A stretch of 64,000 nucleotides of DNA from an uncultured Verrucomicrobiota bacterium (lineage in GTDB: Bacteria > Verrucomicrobiota > Verrucomicrobiia > Limisphaerales > UBA9464), in contig CAINWP010000235.1 of assembly GCA_903854475.1 (NCBI GenBank), positions 649 to 64,648 of the forward strand, in the 5' to 3' direction. Position 1 is the stretch's first letter; every line of letters begins with the position of its first letter. The notes beneath the pieces are model-generated. The model saw only the letters and a program-made list of their open reading frames with translations, did not search any database and was not told the DNA's origin. Of the stretch, positions 56,349-64,000 are shown piece after piece. The position numbers and the translations under genes are program-made.

Positions 56349-57731
56349 GTGATCGTGTTCCAAGCCTCCTCACAAACCGTTCGCCCACCGCTTCAACTCC
56401 GGCATGCCTACGGGTTTGCCATGTTCAACGCGCTGTCCTTCCAGGTGATTCTTGGAGGGCCGATGGTCCTCTACGCGAAGTCCCTCCACGCCAACGCCAC
56501 CATTCTTGGGGTCGTCGCCGGAATGATGCCCCTGCTCACCATCAGCCAGATCCCCGCGGCCGCCTACCTCGACCGCATCGGCTACAAGCGCTTCGTGGTG
56601 TCGGGATGGACCGCGCGCATCGTCTTCGCTTTCCTAATGGCCCTAACTCCCTTGAGCGGGGCCTGGATCGGCCACGGCGGACAACTCATTTTACTTCTGT
56701 CACTGCTCTTTGGCTTCAACCTGTGCCGCGGGATCGCCAGCAGTGCTTGGCTGCCATGGATCACCGGCTTAGTACCCCTTGAGTTGCGCGGACGCTATTT
56801 GGCCGGGGACCAGGCCGCTTCCAATGGAGCCAGCCTGCTCTGCTTCCTCATCGTGGCCACTCTTCTTGGGGCCGGAGGCTTTCTTCCGTCACCCGCGAAG
56901 CCATGGCAATTCATGCTCGCCTTCACATTCAGTGGAATCATGGGTGTGGTCAGTCTTCGATTCTTGCGGCAAATGCCCGACACGCCTGTGCCACCCCACG
57001 AGCGGGCCGGAACCACGCGAGTCCCCTGGGCGGCCATCGCAGCGCACCCGCCGTTCCGAAAACTGCTGGAACTCAATGCCGTCTGGTCGCTAGCTTACGG
57101 CGGACTCACCACGTTCGTGGTCGCCTTCCTGAAAAGCGGGACCGACCTTCCCGATGGGTCCATCTTAGTACTCATGGCGATACAATTTCTAGGCGGACTC
57201 GGCGCCTACTGGTTCGGTGGTCGCCGTTTAGATCTCCATGGGAGCAAGCCCGCCTTGGGTTTCATCATGCTGGCCGGGGTCTTGGTTGCCGGGGGCTGGT
57301 TCCTCATGGCAGCCGGGGTTTGGATGCCCCGCATCTCCTTGGTGCTGACATTTATCGTTCCATTGGGATTGCTCAACGCCCTGCATTCGGCAGCCAACAA
57401 TCGATTGGCGATGGCCATCGTACCGCGCCTGGGCCGGAACCACTTCTTTGCCCTCTTCATGGTGGTTTGGCAGGTGACGCTCGGCCTGTCGCCGGTGCTG
57501 TGGGGATTACTCATCGACACGGTCGGCGGATTTCGGGCGCTGGCCCTAGGGCTCGAATGGAACCGCTACAGCCTGTTCTTCGGTCTGGTCATGATAAGCT
57601 TCCTGGTCGCCTTCCGGGCCAGCCTGCGGCTGGAAGAACCTCAGGCAGCGGGTGTGGAAACCCTGCTGAGAGATCTCTTCATTCAGGAACCCCGACGGCT
57701 CTTCACCCGAGCCCTAGGTCGGAATGACTGA
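56349..57731 (+). CDS. MFS-type transporter
   Basis: 460 aa with about 12 hydrophobic helices arranged in two halves. GTG start. I cannot infer the substrate. Confidence 0.75.
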   Translation: MIVFQASSQTVRPPLQLRHAYGFAMFNALSFQVILGGPMVLYAKSLHANATILGVVAGMMPLLTISQIPAAAYLDRIGYKRFVVSGWTARIVFAFLMALTPLSGAWIGHGGQLILLLSLLFGFNLCRGIASSAWLPWITGLVPLELRGRYLAGDQAASNGASLLCFLIVATLLGAGGFLPSPAKPWQFMLAFTFSGIMGVVSLRFLRQMPDTPVPPHERAGTTRVPWAAIAAHPPFRKLLELNAVWSLAYGGLTTFVVAFLKSGTDLPDGSILVLMAIQFLGGLGAYWFGGRRLDLHGSKPALGFIMLAGVLVAGGWFLMAAGVWMPRISLVLTFIVPLGLLNALHSAANNRLAMAIVPRLGRNHFFALFMVVWQVTLGLSPVLWGLLIDTVGGFRALALGLEWNRYSLFFGLVMISFLVAFRASLRLEEPQAAGVETLLRDLFIQEPRRLFTRALGRND

Positions 57732-58043
57732 CCGGATCCAATTCTGTGGGGAGACCCCGGGATGGCGTGACGGATTCTTTCGCAAGATACGTCAAGCCCA
57801 CGGAGCGGGCCATACTGAGGCTCATAACCATCGAACAACGACCCGCTGACAGAAGAAGGCACAAGCCAAGACCACGGATTTCGTTGAATCGTTCCGGCCG
57901 ACCGGAGCCCCCTCAGTCGGCAAGACCGGCCGGCCGAACCCGGCACGGGTTTCCCAGACCCATTCACCTCGGCCAGGAAAACCCCTAAAAAAGGCCTGCT
58001 TCATGGCTTGGCATCCTCGGTGCTTCACCGGGTTTCACTGATC

Positions 58044-58502
58044 ATGATGAATCGAGCGTACGCCAACGACCCGCTGTGGATGTCCCTCGTCGACCAATTC
58101 CGAGAGGCATGTGTGCTGCGACGCAACGGCCGACACGACGAATCCGAGCATCTCCTGCAGACCGAATTGCCCAGCAAGATCGCCACTTGGTCTAAGCAAC
58201 CCATGCCCGTAGGCACCGATCGCCGGAGCGCCCTTGAAACCATGTTCCAAGAAGAGCAGCGGCGGGTCGAAGAGGCATTCTTTGTGCAAAAACTCGTCGC
58301 CACGCAAATCGAGGAGCAACTTTTGCCCAAGCTCTGCTTCATGATCGCCGAGGAGATCCGCGACGTGGTCCGTGCGGAAGCCCAGGCCGGAAAAAATTTA
58401 GCCGAAACCCTTTCACGTCGGAAAACCCAGTCCCCCGCCCGCCCCAGGGTTCACTTCGACGAACTCTCCTCAGACGACGAACCCCAGCTCCAGGTGGCTT
58501 GA
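58044..58502 (+). CDS. Hypothetical helical protein
   Basis: From the ATG at 58044, MMNRAYANDPLWMSLVDQFREACVLRRNGRHDESEHLL.... The composition is protein-like and the C-terminal tail is acidic. I recognise no family. The coding status itself is uncertain. Confidence 0.4.
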   Translation: MMNRAYANDPLWMSLVDQFREACVLRRNGRHDESEHLLQTELPSKIATWSKQPMPVGTDRRSALETMFQEEQRRVEEAFFVQKLVATQIEEQLLPKLCFMIAEEIRDVVRAEAQAGKNLAETLSRRKTQSPARPRVHFDELSSDDEPQLQVA

Positions 58503-58651
58503 GCACGTCGGTGGAAGGGATTCACTGGCGATCTTTCCAGCCCCCACTCGGCGAATTTCTCTGCTGGAGCCCTTCTCTGGACCCCTTGATTCTGAGCGCG
58601 TGGATATGGCCGGCGCTGTCTGCGTCCCTGACCCCGGGCAAGCCACCCCAA

Positions 58652-60550
58652 TCAGTCCACCGTGTCCATCTGGACACCCGGGCAGAACTCTGCCGAGGCC
58701 ATACGACGACGGCTACCAGTCACTCGGGTCTCGTTCACCGGGTTGGGTCGGAGCATGCGCTTCTGCCGTTCGCGGTCACCCGCTCCCCGGACCACCGGAA
58801 TAGGCAAACCGGTGTTGATGTCCAACCCGGTCACGTACATCGCGGCCGATCCGGTCATGGGCAGTGGAATGAAGTCCTGCACCTGCTGAAGGTTCCACTT
58901 CTCGTCTTTGAGGAACTGCTCCACCGCTCCCATTTCCTTCTCGGTGCATCCGGGGAAGCTGGAGATGAAGTAGGGCACGAGGTACTGCTCCTTGCCCGCC
59001 TGCTCGCTCAAATCAAAGAACTTGTCCATGAAGGCCGGGAAGTCGCCGGCCGGTTTGCGCATCCGGCGCAGCACAGCCGGATCCATGTGCTCCGGTGCCA
59101 CCTTCATGTGACCCGAGACATGGTTCTGAACAAGCTCCTTCATGTATTCCGGGGTCCGCAGCGCGACATCCATGCGAATGCCGGACTGGACGAAGACATG
59201 CTTTACCCCAGGCTGGGTGCGGGATCCCTTGAGGAGATCGAGGCCGGCCTTTTCATTGATCTCGAACACCGGACAAATCGAGGGCCACAGACAGCTCGGC
59301 CGGTGGCACTTCTTACATTCCTCGGCGTGGCCGTTGCGGGCACCATAAAGATTGGCCGTGGGTCCACCCAAGTCGGACACCGTTCCCCGGAAAGTGGGCG
59401 AGGACGCCAGCTTGCGGATTTCCTTGAGCACCGAGTCGATGCTGCGGCTGGAGAGGAACTTACCCTGGTGGAATCCGAGTCCGCAAAAGGTGCACCCGCC
59501 CGGACAGCCCCGCGATACAATGATGGAATCCTTGATGGTGGCAAAACCAGGGACGGGCTCCGTGTAGCTGGGATGCGAGGTCCGCATGAAGGGCAACTCA
59601 TACAGGGCGTCCAGGTCGGGGCCGTCGACCGGGAATGCAGGTGCCTCCTGCAACAAGGCCCGTTTGCCGTGCATCTGCACCAACCGACGACCGCTGTAAG
59701 GTGTCTGCTGAGCTTCGACTACCTTGGTCAGGCGCATCAAGTGGTTCTTGTCGGCCTGAAGATCCTCCCAGGAAGGCAGGATGATGCAGTCCGAAAGATC
59801 TGCTGCAGCCGCTGCCTTGCTGCCCAAAAAGATCGCCGTGCCGCGGATGCCGGAGAAGTCCCGATTGCCAGACTGAAGGCGGCTGACAATTTCACGCACC
59901 GCCGACTCCCCCATGCCATAAACGAGCACATCGGCCTTGGCGTCGGCCATGATGGAGGGCTTGAGCTTATCTTCCCAGTAGTCGTAATGAGCCACGCGGC
60001 GCATGGAGGCCTCCATGCCACCCAGCACCACGGGTGCACCGGGGAAGGCCCGCCGGGCCATCTGGGAATAGACTACCGCTGCATGGTTGGGGCGACGTCC
60101 CGGAACCCCGCCAGCGCTGTACACATCGTCCTTCCGACGATGCCGGGCGGCCGTGTAGTTCGAGAGCATCGAGTCCAAGTTGCCCGCGGTGATACCGACG
60201 AAGAGGCGGGGCACCCCCATGCCCTGAATCGACTGGATATCCTTCCAATCAGGCTGAGCGATGATGCCCACGCGCAGGCCCATGTTTTCCAGAACTCGAC
60301 CGATCATCGCCGAGCCAAACGACGGATGATCGACATACGCATCACCAGTAATGATGAGCACATCCAGTTCCGACCACCCCTTGGCGGTCATTTCCTCGCG
60401 GGTCATCGGCAGGAAGCCGTTGTCAGAAACCTGGGAACCGCGTGCCTTGCTGGGAGTCACAGCCATATTCGCCAGAGCAAAGCCCACCGCCGCCCAGATG
60501 GCAACCAATAGAAGACCAAATTGGTCTGATTCAAAAGGGGTCGGTCCCAC
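58652..60550 (-). CDS. ygiQ: YgiQ-family radical SAM protein (UPF0313)
   Basis: FLPMTREEMTAKGWSELDVLIITGDAYVDHPSFGSAMIGRVLE closely parallels the E. coli YgiQ N-terminus as I remember it. The radical SAM region is GCPGGCTFCG. The start is ambiguous: GTG at 60550, ATG at 60466 or ATG at 60406. Confidence 0.9.
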   Translation of the reverse strand: MGPTPFESDQFGLLLVAIWAAVGFALANMAVTPSKARGSQVSDNGFLPMTREEMTAKGWSELDVLIITGDAYVDHPSFGSAMIGRVLENMGLRVGIIAQPDWKDIQSIQGMGVPRLFVGITAGNLDSMLSNYTAARHRRKDDVYSAGGVPGRRPNHAAVVYSQMARRAFPGAPVVLGGMEASMRRVAHYDYWEDKLKPSIMADAKADVLVYGMGESAVREIVSRLQSGNRDFSGIRGTAIFLGSKAAAAADLSDCIILPSWEDLQADKNHLMRLTKVVEAQQTPYSGRRLVQMHGKRALLQEAPAFPVDGPDLDALYELPFMRTSHPSYTEPVPGFATIKDSIIVSRGCPGGCTFCGLGFHQGKFLSSRSIDSVLKEIRKLASSPTFRGTVSDLGGPTANLYGARNGHAEECKKCHRPSCLWPSICPVFEINEKAGLDLLKGSRTQPGVKHVFVQSGIRMDVALRTPEYMKELVQNHVSGHMKVAPEHMDPAVLRRMRKPAGDFPAFMDKFFDLSEQAGKEQYLVPYFISSFPGCTEKEMGAVEQFLKDEKWNLQQVQDFIPLPMTGSAAMYVTGLDINTGLPIPVVRGAGDRERQKRMLRPNPVNETRVTGSRRRMASAEFCPGVQMDTVD

Positions 60551-60568
60551 CTATTTACACAAAAGGTG
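60537..60568. repeat. Right copy of the 32-nt inverted repeat element
   Basis: GGGGTCGGTCCCACCTATTTACACAAAAGGTG. Its reverse complement differs from 43997-44028 at one position. It is followed by the partial copy GTCTCACCTATTT (60572-60584) and by TTTGAAGTGGCA (60584-60595). Confidence 0.9.
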
Positions 60569-60738
60569 TCTGTCTCACCTATTTTTGAAGTGGCAGAGTC
60601 GCGGGGCTGGCGCTCGGGATAGGTGCCTCGACGGGGCTCCGCGGGTTAGCGGTTCGAACCGTAGGAGAATGATTTCAGGAGGGGGCCTACGTTCGGCGAA
60701 AGCATTCCTGATGCAATCGGCTCCGCCCGGGCGAAGGC

Positions 60739-61842
60739 CTATTGGAAAAACCCGCGGATGACCGTGATCACTCGATCGACCTGGTCGTCGGTGAGTTCGG
60801 GATACATCGGCAAGGGTTGGATGCGCCGGCTGACGGCTTCGGTCACCGGATAATCGCCCGGCTGGCCGCCTTGATCGGCGTAGCAGCGTTGAAGGTGCAG
60901 CGGCACCGGGTAGTAAATGAGCGTGGGAATGCCCGCGGCTTCGAGGTGCTTTTGAAGGGCGTCCCGTTGATCGGTGAGCAACGCATACACATGCCACACG
61001 TGCGTGTTGCCGGGGGCGACGACGGGCAACTCGACGGGCAGGCCGGCCAATCCGGCAGAATACCGAGCGGCGATTTCACCGCGGCGGTGATTCCAACGGG
61101 CCAGGTGCGGGAGCTTCACGCGGAGGATCGCCGCTTGAAGTTCGTCGAGCCGTGAATTGAACCCGTGCAAGTCGTGGTAGTAGCGCTTCTCGATGCCGTG
61201 GACGCGCAACATCCGCAGCTTCTTGGCTAGGACCGGATCTTGGGTGATGCACATGCCACCATCGCCGTCGGCCCCAAGGTTCTTCGTGGGATAAAAACTC
61301 AGGCAGCCTATACGACCGATGCCCGCGAGGCCCCGGCCTTCCCACGTCGCCCCGATGGCTTGAGCACAGTCTTCCACCAGTGAAAGTCCGTGACGCTCGC
61401 ACAAGGGCAAAAAGTCTCCGAGCGGAGCGGCCTGACCGAAGAGATGCACCGGCAACAAGGCCTTGGTGCGCGGCGTGATGCGCCGAGCCACGTCGGCCGG
61501 ATCAAGGGTGAAGGTCCGCGGATCAATGTCGGCGAAAACCACCTTGGCCCCCAACTGATGAATACTCTCGGCCGGCGCGATGTAGGTGAAGGGCGTCGTG
61601 ATGACTTCGTCGCCAGGACCGATGTCGAGGGCCTTAAGAGCCAGCGTCAGCGCGTCGGAGCCAGAATTAACCCCGATGCCATGGGCGGCTCCGCAGAAGG
61701 TCGCGACCTCTTGTTCGAGGGCTGCGACATTGGGGCCCAGAATGAAGTGGCCGGCATCGATGACCGCAGTGACGGCGCGCAGCAACTCCTCGCGCAACGG
61801 CGCGGTTTGCGCTCCGGGATTCAGGAAGGCAATCGGTGTCAT
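60739..61842 (-). CDS. DegT/DnrJ/EryC1/StrS-family PLP-dependent sugar aminotransferase
   Basis: ILGPNVAALEQEVATFCGAAHGIGVNSGSDALTLAL and the PLP-Lys region SFYPTKNLGA. 367 aa. Confidence 0.9.
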   Translation of the reverse strand: MTPIAFLNPGAQTAPLREELLRAVTAVIDAGHFILGPNVAALEQEVATFCGAAHGIGVNSGSDALTLALKALDIGPGDEVITTPFTYIAPAESIHQLGAKVVFADIDPRTFTLDPADVARRITPRTKALLPVHLFGQAAPLGDFLPLCERHGLSLVEDCAQAIGATWEGRGLAGIGRIGCLSFYPTKNLGADGDGGMCITQDPVLAKKLRMLRVHGIEKRYYHDLHGFNSRLDELQAAILRVKLPHLARWNHRRGEIAARYSAGLAGLPVELPVVAPGNTHVWHVYALLTDQRDALQKHLEAAGIPTLIYYPVPLHLQRCYADQGGQPGDYPVTEAVSRRIQPLPMYPELTDDQVDRVITVIRGFFQ

Positions 61843-61909
61843 CGGTTAAGACCTCTATGGAGGGGGCGGCCGGGGCGAATGGATTGACCGAACTGGGACG
61901 ACACGCGTC

Positions 61910-62848
61910 TCAGAAATAGCCCGCCTTCTTGCGGTCTTCCATAGCTGCCTCGCTGGCCTTGTCATCGGCACGGGTACCCCGCTCGGTCACCCGGGCGGCG
62001 GCCACCTCGCCGATGATGTCATCAACCGAATCGGCCGGGCTCTCGATCATGCCCGTACTAATCATGTCAGCAATGGTCCGCACTCGGACCACCAAGGAGT
62101 GCACCGGCTCGTTGGGCTTGGGACGCCCACCCAAGTAGGGATCGGGACGGGAATCGTCGGTGTGCGGCGGCGGAACCGGCAGCCACTGGCCTCCCCGACG
62201 GAAGCAGTCCCGACGGTGGCTGAAGTAGATGTTGGGCACCTCGAGGCGCTCTTGGCGGATGTATTCCCACACGTCCATCTCGGTCCAGTTGGACAACGGG
62301 AACACGCGCATGTTTTCACCCGGGTTGAGCCGGGCATTGTAGAGGTTCCAAATTTCCGGGCGCTGGTTCTTCGGATCCCATTGGCCGAAGGCATCGCGGA
62401 AGCTGAAGAAGCGCTCCTTGGCCCGGGCCTTCTCTTCGTCACGGCGTGCGCCGCCGATGCAACAGTCGAAGCGGAACTCTTCGATGGCACCCAACAGCAC
62501 CGGGATTTGCAACTGGTTGCGGCTCAACTGACCCGGCGTCGGGGTGACGAAGCCTTTGGCAACGCCGTCATCGACGGTGCGGACGATGAGCTTGGCCCCC
62601 AGTTGCTGGGCACGGCGATCGCGAAACTCGATGAGTTCGGGAAATTCATGGCCCGTCTCCACATTGAGAAAAGGCATCGGCAGGTCGGAGGGCCGGAAGG
62701 CCTTCTCGGCCAGGCGCAGAAGGCAAATCGAATCCTTGCCGCCGGAAAACAGCAGGGCCGGTCGTTCGAATTCGGCGGCCACTTCGCGCATGATGTGAAT
62801 GGCCTCGGTCTCGAGGTACTGGAGGTGGTCGAGTTGGTAGCTTCTCAT
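61910..62848 (-). CDS. cysD: Sulfate adenylyltransferase subunit 2
   Basis: The ATG at 62848 gives MRSYQLDHLQYLETEAIHIMREVAAEFERPALLFSGGKDSICLLRLA (PP-loop SGGKDS). Also present are RVFPLSNWTEMDVWEYI and the C-terminal MEDRKKAGYF. Confidence 0.93.
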   Translation of the reverse strand: MRSYQLDHLQYLETEAIHIMREVAAEFERPALLFSGGKDSICLLRLAEKAFRPSDLPMPFLNVETGHEFPELIEFRDRRAQQLGAKLIVRTVDDGVAKGFVTPTPGQLSRNQLQIPVLLGAIEEFRFDCCIGGARRDEEKARAKERFFSFRDAFGQWDPKNQRPEIWNLYNARLNPGENMRVFPLSNWTEMDVWEYIRQERLEVPNIYFSHRRDCFRRGGQWLPVPPPHTDDSRPDPYLGGRPKPNEPVHSLVVRVRTIADMISTGMIESPADSVDDIIGEVAAARVTERGTRADDKASEAAMEDRKKAGYF

Positions 62849-62892
62849 GGAAGGCAGGCTCAGGTCTGAATTGGACAGGTTCTTAGATGGGT

Positions 62893-63558
62893 TCAGACCG
62901 AGGCAACAGCCTTGCCACCCCAAGCGGCATGCAATCCGCACTCCCGTTTGTCGTCGGCCTTGGCCGGATCGAAGTAATCCCACTCGTTGGGCAAATCGTT
63001 CTCCTTCAGGTAGGCCTCCATCTGGGCGTCGCTCCAGTAGAAGAGCGGGCTCAGCTTGAGCGATCCGAAATTGCCGTCGGGGCTGACGATGTCGAGGCCG
63101 GCTCGATTGGGGTTCTGGACTTGTCGCAATGCGGTCATCCAGACCGTCGGCGCCAATTCGCGCATGCCTCGCTGGAAAGGCTCGAGCTTCATTACAGTGC
63201 TGAAGGCCTTGATGCGCTCCTCGTTCTCCGGGGTGGGCTCGGGCATGCCTCCGTCCACCGCGTCATAATGGGCGGCTGTCTTGCGCGGCAAGTAGGCCTT
63301 GATGTTAAGCTTCAGGCGCGCGCGGAGCACCTCGGCATGATGGTAGGTGGCCGGACGGTTGTAGCCGTGATCGATCCACAGCACCGGGATGTCGGGCTGG
63401 AGCTGGGTCACCAAATGCAAGATCACCGCCTCGTACGGACGGAAGTTGGTCGAGACGATGGCCCGTCCGCCCGAGCGCTCCAAACCCCAGCGGACGATGT
63501 CCAGCGGGGACTGGGACTTGAGGGCGGCGTTGGCGGCGTGCAGTTCAGCGGGAGTCAT
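62893..63558 (-). CDS. cysH: Phosphoadenosine phosphosulfate (PAPS)-type reductase
   Basis: The C-terminal catalytic motif is KRECGLH. It has a PAPS_reduct-fold N-terminus (VSTNFRPYEAVILHL). There is no CC...CxxC iron-sulfur motif, which favours the PAPS type over the APS type. Confidence 0.85.
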   Translation of the reverse strand: MTPAELHAANAALKSQSPLDIVRWGLERSGGRAIVSTNFRPYEAVILHLVTQLQPDIPVLWIDHGYNRPATYHHAEVLRARLKLNIKAYLPRKTAAHYDAVDGGMPEPTPENEERIKAFSTVMKLEPFQRGMRELAPTVWMTALRQVQNPNRAGLDIVSPDGNFGSLKLSPLFYWSDAQMEAYLKENDLPNEWDYFDPAKADDKRECGLHAAWGGKAVASV

Positions 63559-63612
63559 CAATGGATGAGGCAGAGGTGCGGGAAGGCTGGAGGATCGTCG
63601 CCGTGAAGTCGT

Positions 63613-64000
63613 TCAGGCGGTGACAGCGTGAGTCTCGGTCGGCTGCTCAGGCCAGAAGACCCGGGCAACCCAATCACCAAATCGTTCACCCACGAGTCGC
63701 TCTGCCTTGTAGCGGATCAGGAGCGGCCGCAGTTCGGCCTCGGTGTCGGTTTCCTTGAGGCTTTCCTTCCAGACGCGGTTGAGGCACGTTCCGGTGCTGT
63801 TGCCACCCAGCCAGACTTGATAGCGGCCAGGGCCTTTGCCCACGAACCCAATCTCAGCCATGTACGGACGCGCGCAACCGTTAGGGCAACCGGTCATACG
63901 GATGATGATCTCTTCCTCGTTGAGGCCAACTTCGGTGCACAGGTCTTGGATACGATCGAGCAGCGAAGGCAGGAAGCGCTCCGACTCGGCCAACCCGAGT
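63613..64000 (-). CDS. cysI: Sulfite reductase hemoprotein; C-terminal part only, 5' end off the window
   Basis: The siroheme/4Fe-4S motif is IRMTGCPNGCARPYMAEIGFVGKGPGRYQVWLGG. The ORF is open to the window edge. The apparent M at 63993 is a TTG inside the frame. Confidence 0.85.
   Translation of the reverse strand, partial: LGLAESERFLPSLLDRIQDLCTEVGLNEEEIIIRMTGCPNGCARPYMAEIGFVGKGPGRYQVWLGGNSTGTCLNRVWKESLKETDTEAELRPLLIRYKAERLVGERFGDWVARVFWPEQPTETHAVTA

Noticed and set aside
58499-60511. A 670-aa + strand ORF. Similar long ORFs occur at 44101..45363, 23102..24097, 14502..15656, 18976..19971, 62099..62869, 50545..51594 and 403..1197.
   Set aside because: Each lies exactly antisense to a gene with strong family motifs (ygiQ, glcF, the PEP-hydrolase-like gene, the TonB receptor, pyrG, cysD, the hemN-like gene, tex). 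Their translations are Arg/Gly/His/Pro-rich with no recognisable motifs. These are classic stop-poor shadow frames of high-GC DNA.
60513-60527. A perfect 7-1-7 palindrome, AGACCAAATTGGTCT, upstream of or within the 5' end of ygiQ. It could be an operator.
   Set aside because: Palindromes with 7-bp arms are expected a few times by chance in 64 kb for each spacer length. Without conservation data it is not significant.
43987-60595. Interpretation of the inverted-repeat-bounded 16.5-kb block as a composite transposon or genomic island.
   Set aside because: There is no transposase, integrase or recombinase inside or beside it. The cargo is core housekeeping (clpXP, moaC, the hemN-like gene, ABC-F). 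The 12-nt flanking direct repeat is not immediately adjacent at the right end. I kept it only as a repeat or inversion candidate.
60650-60661. CGGTTCGAACCG, which resembles a tRNA T-arm.
   Set aside because: It is a simple 12-nt palindrome. I could not build an acceptor stem, D-arm or anticodon arm around it.

Overview
The window is a high-GC (about 60% by eye, not computed) chromosomal segment. Its gene content fits a PVC-superphylum bacterium, probably Verrucomicrobiota-like. That assignment is an inference from the many DUF1080, GxGYxYP, Gfo/Idh/MocA, sialate O-acetylesterase and BNR-type genes. I support about 50 protein-coding genes. Housekeeping genes are tex, pyrG, trpE, kdsA, tatD, mfd, clpP-clpX, moaC, a HemN-like radical SAM gene, ygiQ, and cysI-cysH-cysD. 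They are interspersed with secreted glycan- and nucleoside-scavenging genes, one two-component system and several orphan hypothetical genes. I found no rRNA, tRNA, CRISPR array, transposase, integrase, phage structural gene or recognisable defence gene, and no clear-cut novel system. The candidates most worth a second look are: (1) a TonB-dependent receptor / NUP-family lipoprotein / secreted adenosine deaminase operon, divergent from an unusual tandem GTP-cyclohydrolase-II protein; (2) a DUF1365 / CFA-synthase / DUF1295 lipid-modification cluster followed by a HemN-like radical SAM gene translationally coupled to moaC; (3) a 31/32-nt inverted repeat pair with flanking 12-nt direct repeats bracketing 16.5 kb; (4) a tight TPR / histidine kinase / response regulator / trypsin-PPC protease / HEAT-protein operon; (5) a roughly 670-nt lower-GC non-coding stretch next to an orphan alanine-rich secreted protein. 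All functional calls rest on motif recognition by eye. No database search was run.
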